This document shows, one piece after another, positions 9,601-18,673 of a stretch of 49,455 nt of DNA. How positions within the stretch are numbered: position 1 is the stretch's first letter; the number at the start of each line of letters is the position of its first letter. The DNA lies in assembly GCA_021817505.1 (NCBI GenBank), contig JAKAUU010000015.1, positions 1-49,455 of the forward strand. The letters are read 5' to 3'. The notes under the pieces were generated by a model. It did no database searches. It was not told the origin of the DNA and saw nothing but the letters and a program-made list of their open reading frames with translations. A program made the position numbers and the translations under genes. The DNA is from Candidatus Micrarchaeota archaeon (GTDB lineage Archaea; Micrarchaeota; Micrarchaeia; Micrarchaeales; CABMGC01).

Positions 9601-9671
9601 TGGGTCCGCGGAGAGTCGGACTCCGGTCTCTACCGTGTGAAGGTAGCGTCTTACCGTTGGACTACGAACCC
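9601..9671 (-). tRNA. tRNA-Val(CAC)
   Basis: Cloverleaf GGGTTCG...CTACC-TTCACAC-GGTAG...CGGAG-TCCGACT-CTCCG-CGGACCC-A. Confidence 0.93.
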
Positions 9672-9786
9672 ATATCCTTATGTCATCCTGACGATAGTAA
9701 GCTATTTAAACCTAATCATATAATAAAATAGCGCTGTCTGTGGTTTCTTCTACAGATAGTTGTGAAAATTCCTAATGGGAATTAGA

Positions 9787-9804
9787 TGTAGGCTTGAGCA
9801 ATGC
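9787..9804 (+). other. 5' arm of the pre-16S processing stem (pairs with ~11399-11415)
   Basis: ATGTAGGCTTGAGCAATGC is nearly complementary to GCATGCTCAAGCTACAT downstream of the 16S. Confidence 0.6.
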
Positions 9805-9845
9805 AAAGGAAGCTCGCGATACAATTGCAAAATAATTAAGTAATA

Positions 9846-11329
9846 ACTCCAGTCGATGCTGCTGGAGGACACTGCTATCAGATTTCGACAGCCATGCAAG
9901 TCAGCTTACAGACTTCTGTGAGCGGCGTACGGCTCAGTAACGCGTGGTCAATCTACCGTAGAGAAGGGGATAACCTTGGGAAACTGAGGCTAATACCATA
10001 TAGGATAGGGATTCTGGAATGAGCCCTAACTCAAAAGGTTGCGAATTGGAGCATTACCGCTCTACGATGAGACTGCGTCGGATCAGGCAGATGGCGGGGT
10101 AACGGCCCACCATACCTTTGACCCGTAGGGGATATGAGAGTAAGAGCCCCGAGAAGGGCACTGAGACAATGGCCCTAGCGCTACGGCGTGCAGCAGGCGC
10201 GCAATCTCCACAATGCGCGGAAGCGTGATGGGGGGAGTCTGAGTGATGGACTTCGGTTCATCTTTTGCCAAGTTTAGCAAGCTTGGAGAATAAGTGCTGG
10301 GTAAGACCGGTGGCAGCCGCCACGGTAATACCGGCGGCACAAGTGGTGTTCACTATTATTGGGCTTAAAGAGTCCGTAGCCGGCTAAAACCGTCTTGTGT
10401 GAAATATTGGTGCATGACGCCAATACGTGCATAAGATACCTTTTGGCTAGGGAGCGGGAGAGGTCAGGAGTATTCATGGGGTAAGAGTAAAATCCCGTAA
10501 TCCTATGAAGACTACCGGTGGCGAAGGCGCCTGACTAGAACGCATCCGACGGTGAGTGACGAAGGCTAGGAGAACGAATCGGATTAGATACCCGAGTAGC
10601 CCTAGCAGTAAATGATGCAGACTTTGGTGTTGCAACTGCCACGTGTGGTTGCAGTACCGTAGGGTAACTGTTAAGTCTGCCGCCTGGGGAGTACGGCCGC
10701 AAGGTTGAAACTTAAAGCAATTGGCGGGGGAGCACAACAAGGGGTGGATGCTACGGTTTAATTGAATTCAACGTCGGGAACATTACCTGGAGCGACGGCA
10801 GAATGATGGTCAGGCTAAAGACCTTACTAGACAAGCCGAGAGGTGGTGCATGGCGATCGTCAGTTCGTGGTGTGAACTATCCGGTTAAGTCCGGTAACGA
10901 ACGAGACCCTCATTTACAGTTGCCACTGGATTAGCGATAATCCAAGCACTCTGTCAAGACCGCCTTCGTTTAAGGAGGAGGAAGGAGAGGGCAACGGTAC
11001 GTCAGTATGCCCCGAATCTCCAGGGCTACACGCGGCATACATAGGCTGGCACAATGGGCTGCAACTCAGAGATGAGGAGCCAATCCCTAAAACCAGTCCC
11101 GGTCCGGATTGAGGGCTGAAACTCGCCCTCATGAAGTTGGAATCCCTAGTAATCGCTTGTCACTAACGAGCGGTGAATTTGTCCCCGCTCCTTGCACACA
11201 CCGCCCGCCAAGTCATCCAAGTAGGGCCTTAGTGAGGCAGCATCTTTAGATGCTTTCGAATTAAGGTTCTGTGAGGGGGGCTAAGGCGTAACAAGGTATC
11301 CGTAGGGGAACCTGCGGATAGATCACCTC
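9846..11329 (+). rRNA. rrs: 16S rRNA (divergent archaeal, Micrarchaeota-like; no intron)
   Basis: AGCCATGCAAGTC, GGATTAGATACCC, GAAACTTAAAG, CACACCGCCCG, GTAACAAGG...GATCACCTC; ~1484 nt. Confidence 0.98.
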
Positions 11330-11551
11330 AAAATACAATAAATGGATCACCTAAAAATAACCATTTCGTGTGCATAAAGCTGTTCGCGTTTTTCTGGCGC
11401 ATGCTCAAGCTACATTCATATTTTTTCTTTTCATCAGCACATAGCGCAAGCCATGTTTGTTTTTAAGTTTTCTAGACGCAGATTTGTATTCGGATTCTCT
11501 TCTGCGAGCACGCATATTTAATACAGAAGCTGCATATAAGAAAGCAGTCAG

Positions 11552-14500
11552 GTGTATAAAATAAGTTTTGCAACACGTTCATTGTTTTTTGTACTGCTTA
11601 TTTGCATGTCTGCAGGCATTGCAATGGCTTCAGGATTCGTAATCCCAAATAGCATAGTACATTATTCAAACCTTAGCATCTCCAACTCCCAGTCCTCTGC
11701 AACTGTGAAAGGTCTTCAGATAATGATCCCCTTCAATGCCCTAGCATATCAAACTTATGAGTCGAATTCCTTGAATAATATTGAATTCTTCTATACTAAC
11801 AACGGCACGGTTGTACCATCATGGATGGAGGGCAACCAGCTGGACTGGTATCAGCCTGCGAATACCCTTTACACGAGCCAGAATGTAATCTTCTGGATAA
11901 AGTATGCCCCTTCGATATCGGCAGGTTCCTCTGCAGTGAATACTGTCGCTATAGGATTTGCAAGCAAAACTGTAAATCTTCTGGATAATGTTGATACTGG
12001 AGAAGCTCCGCAGCTGTCATGTTCAAATCCTGCAAATACAATAACGTGCAATTACGGCAGATATGACGATGGCAGTAATGTATTCAATAATTATTGGAAT
12101 TTCTCCAGTAACAATACATGGTATAAAGGAGGACCTGGATACGGCCCTGCAGGCATAGAGTATGCAGACAATGGGATGAGAGTACAGGGATGGACATTTG
12201 ACAATGTCAAGGGGATAACCGCTGTTGGGAATATAATCACGACTCTTGTAAATGCGACAGGATATTCTGGGACAACTTGGGGAGGAGCATTGATACTTTC
12301 TAACAGCAGCGGCGGAAATGGTTTTGGAGATTATCCAGGGGTTGGCAGCATTACAGGAGTATACACGTACAGCCCTGTGATAAACCTGTACCATGGCCAG
12401 TATTTTACGCATCTGCAATTGGGTTCAAACATAACTGATCTTAACGCCCCGCATACAGTAAGCATAGGATTCAACAGTTCTGGGGAGATAAATTACACCT
12501 CGATTAATTATGGGAGCAGCATGGGAAGTGAGACATCCAACATGCTTGCACTGTTTCCAACAGGCTATTATAATCAGGGAGCATATGGCACAGGTATGCT
12601 TGCATGCACCAACTTTACCATAGCGTCAGCGCATGCGGAAATAACAACCATAAAGATAGAATGCTCAGGCAGATTCAGCAATAATGGCATTTTGTATGCA
12701 GGTGAAGGAGCAGATGGATGTGGCGGTGTGAGTTCCGCAGGAGGCAATGGAGAAAATTGCATAGGCAGCATCGGCTCTTTTGGAGGAAGCGGCGGGGCAG
12801 GAGGGGGAAATGCCACTCTTGGACTCATAGGAGGCTATGGAGGAAATACGCTTGCTAATGGAGGCATAGGAAGCACAGGTGCAGGCGGGAACGGAGCTGC
12901 TGCCCGGGCGCCATCTGTGATAGATGCTGCAAATGTTGCCTTGTGGGGAGGTTCACCTTCAACATATTTGTCAAGCGGAGGCGGTGGAGGGGCTGCAAAT
13001 GCTGGAGGAGCAGGAGAAGGAAGTTCCCAGGGATTGTTTATAGAGGGGAAGGCAGTTAATGCCGGAAATGTAATTGCAAGGCCTGGATTTAACGTAGGTT
13101 CCGGGTCAGGAGGGGCAGGAGCAGGAGCGTTGCTTATAGCATATGGAAATGGAGGGTATACTCCTGGAACTTATAACTTGTCAGGAAGCAGCGGAGGGGC
13201 TGCCGGGTCAGGCTGGGCTGCAGGCGGGAACGGAGGCGGCGGGCAACTTATCACTTATGATTATGGATCTAATTCCGTGCCTGTAAACGTTATTTTCCCA
13301 AAACAAACAACAACATATCCCATATTAGCTTCGTATCAAGGAAACGCATCTTATTATTACTTATATTCCAGATATATGCCACCGCTTGGCAGGATGCCTT
13401 CAGTAAGTTTTAGTAGCGCGCACATCACCCCATCATGTTCGGCATTCATCACAGATCCATCCAATAGCGTAGTTGATGTTGGACAGTATGAATCCTTCAC
13501 TGTTTCAGAGGGCAATTGCACGGCTCCGTACACATACAACATATTGGTTTCTAGCAGTGCAAAGCCTTCAGTTACAATACACGATTATTTGGTAACCGGG
13601 AGCAGTTCAAGATCCATAGTTTATTCGTTTCAGACAAATACTCTTGATCAGTCAAATTCTCCCGAAGTTGCAAACGTTATTGTAACCTCAGGCAGCAACT
13701 CAGTCGTATCGGCATATTCTTCTTCTTTTTATGTAAATCCACCATTATCTTTCGTGAGCCTGTCTTCTTCTCCCACGCTGCCTGTAACAGAATATACTGG
13801 AAATGCAGTAAAGTTCACTGCAAACATAAGCGGAGGCTCTGCCCCTTATTCCTACAATTTCCTTATTTATAATATAACAACTGGGAGCATAGTTGGCAAT
13901 TACCTGGCATCCAACTCTTCTACAAGCAACACCGTTTCATGGCAGATACCTTATTCGGTAGGGAACAATGCCCTTGAAGTAAATGTAATAGTGAGTGATG
14001 GGAGCTATGGAGGGGCTGAAAAGGTAAATAGCACATATATCAAACCGCTTTATACCAAAAGCATCGTTTCTGTTACAAACGTATTTCCAGATTCCTGCAT
14101 CTCGAACGGCGGTTGCGCAGTTACAGTAAGCGGCGCAGGATTTGAGAATGGGACATCTGTTATTTTCGGCAGCAACAGCGTAAATGCAATCAATGTTACA
14201 AATTCCAGCAGCATGCAGGTAACGGTACCTGCAGGTACTGTGAACAGCATTGTTGATGTGAGTGTAAAGAACCAGTTTGGCTCAACTGCCACTTGGAACG
14301 GCACATTCTACTACGGATGGATATTTATCTCTGATAACTTCTCCACTGGCAATTTTAATGGATGGAATGAAACTGGAAGCTGCTGCGTCACAGGAGGTAG
14401 TTTGTATGTTGTATCGGGTGGTCAGACAACATTCAGCAATACTTTGACACCTGCGCCCATATCAGGCAATACAGAAGCCATGATATGGTATCCATTCAGG

Positions 14501-16828
14501 CAGGGGATTGTGGATATAAATAGTACTAAGATGACGCTTGTAAGCGGCAATCCTTTTTCCCCAGGATGGGATTCTAATAATGGCGGTAGTGTTTATCTTG
14601 GAGGTTATTATGGCATAGTGACGAATAATGCAAGTGTTCTCCACTGGTTATATGGCAGTAAATTCTTAACTAATGGCAATTGGGCTGGAAACAATATTAC
14701 TATCTTTGAAGCGCGCAAGACAATAGCTTCAGTAACAAATTCGATATCGATGACATTGACAAGTTCTGCAGGAGGAAATAGCGGATACTTCCTTGCGGAT
14801 AAATGGTGGGAAGGGTTACAACAAAATATCGAATCATGTGCAAGTTCAACAGAATGCACCCTTACAAGTAATGTAGGGATAGAAAATAATATACCTTATA
14901 TAAGCGGAACAGATGATATAAATAATTTCTTTGGACAATCCTTCCTTAATAATGGACCTACAACCATGTTCGTAAGGGGCTATGTATACTTCCAAGCACC
15001 TACCCATGGGGGAGTGTATGGGCAGAGAAAGGTATACTACCTAAAAAATGAGTGCGGCGGCTCTTCAGGCCTGCCTTGTATAGGGATAGCATATATACTC
15101 AGCAGCTTTGTTTACAATCCGGAATATGGAAATGTTAGCATAAATGGCAATTCTGTAACTCTATTGTCTGGAGACGGATTCCCAACTGACGGAAGTTGGA
15201 ATGGTAAAGGAATACTGATAAATGAAAGCACAAACTATACTATCGCTTCCGTTAAGAATGGAACATACCTTACACTTACATCAAATGCAGGAAGGTATAC
15301 CGATGTAGGATATCAATCGTTAGCTAATGATATAGCTCTTACAAGCGATCTTCAATCCAATATCAACCCCGCTACGGGAAATTTGACAGATAGTGACCAT
15401 TATATGGCCGTTCCGTACCTTAACTTCAATCAGTGGTACGAGATACAGGTAGAGGCGGCGCTTAACACCCCTGGAGAAGCAAATGGTTATGTGAACGTTT
15501 GGATTAATGGCAGGTATAGGCCAGATCTGTCATTGTCCGGAATAGAATGGAGAAACTCAAGTAATGATGGAGGATGGCAGTATGTTGAAATAGGAAGGCA
15601 GCTTGATGCGGGCAATGGAACTGCTAGAACTGCCTGGACTAACGAATATAGATTCTGGGATGACGTAGCACTCTCTAATGCCGATACCCCAACACCTGTT
15701 CAGCTCCAGCCTATAAATACAACATTTAAAACGACAACTACTATTTCAGTATCTTCAACCTCTTCTACAACAACTGTTGGGACCACATCCCCGACAACCA
15801 TGCCTGTAACCACGGTTACATCAAGTGGAAATAGTGGTGGCGGAGGGGGAGGAGGGGCTGGAGGCGGTGGAGGATCCGGAGAGCCAGTGGTATTGGCATA
15901 TAACACCTCTTCGTTTAATGGGTGGAAAATACTTAACTTTACACAGGACAATTCTGAGAATCTGGTGATAGGCGGAAGATTATTTGGAATAACCTTGAAT
16001 TCCATATCGCCCACATTGGTAGATATTACCGTGAATGGGGTGGCGTATACGCTGCATGTCGGCACACCTTTGGCAATAGGCAGTAATTACTACCTTAATC
16101 TCAGTTCGATATCTTATCTCCCAATACTGGAGACTGCTTCTATTGAGTTGTATGTTAACAATACGGCGTCAAAGACCGTATCCTCAAGCAATTCATCTTC
16201 ACAGAATTACAACGTATCCATAAGCCTGAATGGCAGCAGTTTTGCTTCTGGAAGTTCACAGTACATAACGGCGCGGGTGGCAGACCCTTCAGATACGGTT
16301 GCAATATACACGAATGGTGTTCTCCAGGCAGAAGGTGAAGGAAGCGCAACATTCAACATCAACGTACTTTCAAAAGGGAATTATACCCTGCAGGCATGTG
16401 ATATAAGTGTATCTCCCAGAGCCTGCAGCGCTATAGAGAAGTTCTCCATACTTGCACCTTCTACTGCTGCCACGACTACCATATCCCAGGTCACAACTGT
16501 TGGCCAGACAAACACCTCATCTTCAACGGCATCTGAAACTGATGATATAGTACTGATGGTTGTTGCCACGATTGCAATAGGAACAATAATAGCATTCACG
16601 TTGCGCTACCGCAGGCATATGGGAAAAATGAGAGGCAATGACGGTGCAGGGCCTGAGCATGGCAGATTAACATACTCTTCTGAACAGCCTAAACAGGTTA
16701 ACCGGGCAGAAGAGCCTAAAGAAACAGGACCAACGCCTCCGGATGTAATTGGACAGCAGAATGAGGATAAACCTGATGAAAGTGCTGCAGGAACTTCTGC
16801 AGAACCTACAGGAGCAAAACAAGATTAA
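11552..16828 (+). CDS. Large cell-surface glycoprotein / adhesin (1758 aa)
   Basis: Signal peptide; DUF2341-like N-domain (NIEFFY..PSWME..IFWIK); Gly-rich tract; Ig/IPT-TIG-like domain (VTVSGAGF..VIFG..VTVPAG); LamG/lyase-like domain; Thr-rich and poly-Gly linkers; C-terminal TM then RYRRH; many NxS/T sequons. Confidence 0.85.
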   Translation: MYKISFATRSLFFVLLICMSAGIAMASGFVIPNSIVHYSNLSISNSQSSATVKGLQIMIPFNALAYQTYESNSLNNIEFFYTNNGTVVPSWMEGNQLDWYQPANTLYTSQNVIFWIKYAPSISAGSSAVNTVAIGFASKTVNLLDNVDTGEAPQLSCSNPANTITCNYGRYDDGSNVFNNYWNFSSNNTWYKGGPGYGPAGIEYADNGMRVQGWTFDNVKGITAVGNIITTLVNATGYSGTTWGGALILSNSSGGNGFGDYPGVGSITGVYTYSPVINLYHGQYFTHLQLGSNITDLNAPHTVSIGFNSSGEINYTSINYGSSMGSETSNMLALFPTGYYNQGAYGTGMLACTNFTIASAHAEITTIKIECSGRFSNNGILYAGEGADGCGGVSSAGGNGENCIGSIGSFGGSGGAGGGNATLGLIGGYGGNTLANGGIGSTGAGGNGAAARAPSVIDAANVALWGGSPSTYLSSGGGGGAANAGGAGEGSSQGLFIEGKAVNAGNVIARPGFNVGSGSGGAGAGALLIAYGNGGYTPGTYNLSGSSGGAAGSGWAAGGNGGGGQLITYDYGSNSVPVNVIFPKQTTTYPILASYQGNASYYYLYSRYMPPLGRMPSVSFSSAHITPSCSAFITDPSNSVVDVGQYESFTVSEGNCTAPYTYNILVSSSAKPSVTIHDYLVTGSSSRSIVYSFQTNTLDQSNSPEVANVIVTSGSNSVVSAYSSSFYVNPPLSFVSLSSSPTLPVTEYTGNAVKFTANISGGSAPYSYNFLIYNITTGSIVGNYLASNSSTSNTVSWQIPYSVGNNALEVNVIVSDGSYGGAEKVNSTYIKPLYTKSIVSVTNVFPDSCISNGGCAVTVSGAGFENGTSVIFGSNSVNAINVTNSSSMQVTVPAGTVNSIVDVSVKNQFGSTATWNGTFYYGWIFISDNFSTGNFNGWNETGSCCVTGGSLYVVSGGQTTFSNTLTPAPISGNTEAMIWYPFRQGIVDINSTKMTLVSGNPFSPGWDSNNGGSVYLGGYYGIVTNNASVLHWLYGSKFLTNGNWAGNNITIFEARKTIASVTNSISMTLTSSAGGNSGYFLADKWWEGLQQNIESCASSTECTLTSNVGIENNIPYISGTDDINNFFGQSFLNNGPTTMFVRGYVYFQAPTHGGVYGQRKVYYLKNECGGSSGLPCIGIAYILSSFVYNPEYGNVSINGNSVTLLSGDGFPTDGSWNGKGILINESTNYTIASVKNGTYLTLTSNAGRYTDVGYQSLANDIALTSDLQSNINPATGNLTDSDHYMAVPYLNFNQWYEIQVEAALNTPGEANGYVNVWINGRYRPDLSLSGIEWRNSSNDGGWQYVEIGRQLDAGNGTARTAWTNEYRFWDDVALSNADTPTPVQLQPINTTFKTTTTISVSSTSSTTTVGTTSPTTMPVTTVTSSGNSGGGGGGGAGGGGGSGEPVVLAYNTSSFNGWKILNFTQDNSENLVIGGRLFGITLNSISPTLVDITVNGVAYTLHVGTPLAIGSNYYLNLSSISYLPILETASIELYVNNTASKTVSSSNSSSQNYNVSISLNGSSFASGSSQYITARVADPSDTVAIYTNGVLQAEGEGSATFNINVLSKGNYTLQACDISVSPRACSAIEKFSILAPSTAATTTISQVTTVGQTNTSSSTASETDDIVLMVVATIAIGTIIAFTLRYRRHMGKMRGNDGAGPEHGRLTYSSEQPKQVNRAEEPKETGPTPPDVIGQQNEDKPDESAAGTSAEPTGAKQD

Positions 16829-16960
16829 TGGAACAGAAATGGCAGACAGATCATTGCGCTGTTATTAAAAGTTCATTGACTGACTGCCATGCTCGCTTCT
16901 ATCCGATCAAAAAGACGTAGTATTAGCTTGATTTAAATAACGTAGTGGTTATTTGTAATC

Positions 16961-17443
16961 ATGAAAGTAAAGCTTGGGCCTAGTGCATATTACATCGCAG
17001 GTCTCTTATCCAAAACAAAGGAGGAGAACAACGCAATAGGAGTAAAGACAGGGATGCCGGAACTTGAGGAGCGTTTTGTTGAGATAGCGATAAAGGATTT
17101 CAAGATAGATTCAAAGAAGATACTCTTTGAGAAAGGTGAAAGGCACGTGCATGTTTACTTTTATCATTCGCAGATAGCGAAACAGCTGAAAGCGGTGATA
17201 AAGAGTTCTACTAAGATCTTTACAAAGAGGGATATCAAATCGGCGAGCTATCTCGCAGGCATATTTGATGCTGCCGGGCATGTAGGTAGGAACGAATTCA
17301 AGATAAACGGGCTGACAGCTGCGGATATTATGGTTCTTGAAAACCTCGGAGTGCATACGCATGGAGACAAGATAGTAAATATCGGTAGTTTTGTGCAACT
17401 GGTTAAAGACAGGAGCGTGATACTGAAACAGCGAAACCTGTAG
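16961..17443 (+). CDS. Degenerate LAGLIDADG-fold protein
   Basis: AYYIAGLLSK and SYLAGIFDAAG helices; catalytic acidic residue missing in both. Confidence 0.6.
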   Translation: MKVKLGPSAYYIAGLLSKTKEENNAIGVKTGMPELEERFVEIAIKDFKIDSKKILFEKGERHVHVYFYHSQIAKQLKAVIKSSTKIFTKRDIKSASYLAGIFDAAGHVGRNEFKINGLTAADIMVLENLGVHTHGDKIVNIGSFVQLVKDRSVILKQRNL

Positions 17444-17537
17444 TCCTTCTACAGCGGTTCGTTTTTTGTCTAATTAACAGATGTTGTTTAAATATGACTT
17501 TTGTCATTATTTATCTCTGATTTAGAGGGTGTGAGCT

Positions 17538-18530
17538 ATGAGCATCATAATGATAGACTTCAAGAATAAGAGGCGTGTAGCTAGTCTTCTAGATGCTCAT
17601 AGGAAGGATGACAGTGAGGAAAAGGAGAGAAAGACTGAGAGGCATGCGGCTTTTACGGGATTTGTGGCTGGGACCTTGATGGCAGTTGCAATAGCGGTGG
17701 GAGTGCAGGACATGCACGATGCGAATCATAACTGGCAGGCGGCCAGAAATAATAATACGGAGTATAGCGTGACGAAGACGGGCAGCTTTAGGGAGCGCTA
17801 TATGCAGAGGAACCTTTTAGGCACATTAAACCTTGAGGACTCAAGATATGGAGTGTCATTTAATTGGGCAGGATATGAAATAGACGGCAGCAATGGTGCC
17901 TTTAAAGGCGTATCTGCGTCCTTCACGGTGCCTACGGCAATGTGGGATGGAAATAAGGCAATAGATATGTGGACTGGGCTTGGAGGTAGCCCCTCAGAGG
18001 GACTGATACAGGCAGGAGTGGAGGTTTCAGGAAGTAAGGTGTTTCCATGGGTAGAGGAACTCCCGAAAGCCCAGAGCAGGATATCGGGGATCGAAATAAG
18101 CTCGGGAGACAGCGTAAGCGTAAGCATAGATAGCAGGAACAAAAGCGGAATTGGAAATTTGTGGACCATTAGCATTGTAGACAATACCACAGGTAAAAGG
18201 TTTTCCGAGACTCTTGATTATAAAGTAGGTACAAAATCTGCCGAGTGCATAGTTGAAAGCCCAAGAACGGATATAAGGGCAGGCGGCCCTATCCTTAACA
18301 GAATGCCTGATTTCGGCACCGTGAGCTTCGGTTCATGCGTCCCTGTTTTTACAAAACAAGGGGTTAAGGATGCAGAGAGTACAATGGACAGGGAGAGTGA
18401 TTCGGTAAAGGTTATGCGCATGTACATACTTAGGAGAGATGGCAGACTGGCAACAAGCATGTCTGGGATAGGCAGCCGTGGAAGTTTTGACGTAAATTAT
18501 ATTCCAGGACCTGAATCAAAAAGAGTATGA
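17538..18530 (+). CDS. Glutamic peptidase, family G1 (A4), membrane-anchored
   Basis: SFNWAGY, MWTGLGG, LIQAGV (catalytic Q), SAECIVESP (catalytic E), PDFGTVSF. Confidence 0.85.
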   Translation: MSIIMIDFKNKRRVASLLDAHRKDDSEEKERKTERHAAFTGFVAGTLMAVAIAVGVQDMHDANHNWQAARNNNTEYSVTKTGSFRERYMQRNLLGTLNLEDSRYGVSFNWAGYEIDGSNGAFKGVSASFTVPTAMWDGNKAIDMWTGLGGSPSEGLIQAGVEVSGSKVFPWVEELPKAQSRISGIEISSGDSVSVSIDSRNKSGIGNLWTISIVDNTTGKRFSETLDYKVGTKSAECIVESPRTDIRAGGPILNRMPDFGTVSFGSCVPVFTKQGVKDAESTMDRESDSVKVMRMYILRRDGRLATSMSGIGSRGSFDVNYIPGPESKRV

Positions 18531-18598
18531 TCCATTTCTGCTAGAAAGTACCTTCGGATAAACTGCGCGTTTCCTTTATCTTTGCAGTAAAAAGCAAA

Positions 18599-18673
18599 TG
18601 GGCCCGGAGAGATTTGAACTCTCGGCCTTTCGATTATCAGTCGAACGCTCCGACCAGGCTAAGCTACGGGCCC
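18599..18673 (-). tRNA. tRNA-Ile(GAT)
   Basis: GGGCCCGTAGCTTAG...TTCGA-CTGATAA-TCGAA...GTTCAAATC...CGGGCCCA. Confidence 0.96.

Noticed and set aside
10083-11132. ORFs inside the 16S region
   Set aside because: Antisense shadows of rRNA; the 16S length is normal, so no intron ORF
15835-15880. GGN-rich repeat
   Set aside because: Poly-Gly coding linker, not a DNA-level element
16841-16889. Imperfect inverted repeat TGGCAGACAG...CTGACTGCCA after the surface protein gene
   Set aside because: Short with a long loop; could be a terminator or chance
18531-18598. att-like duplicates for tRNA-Ile, Leu(CAG), Thr and Leu(TAA)
   Set aside because: Searched by eye downstream of each; only matches of about 8 nt or less were found
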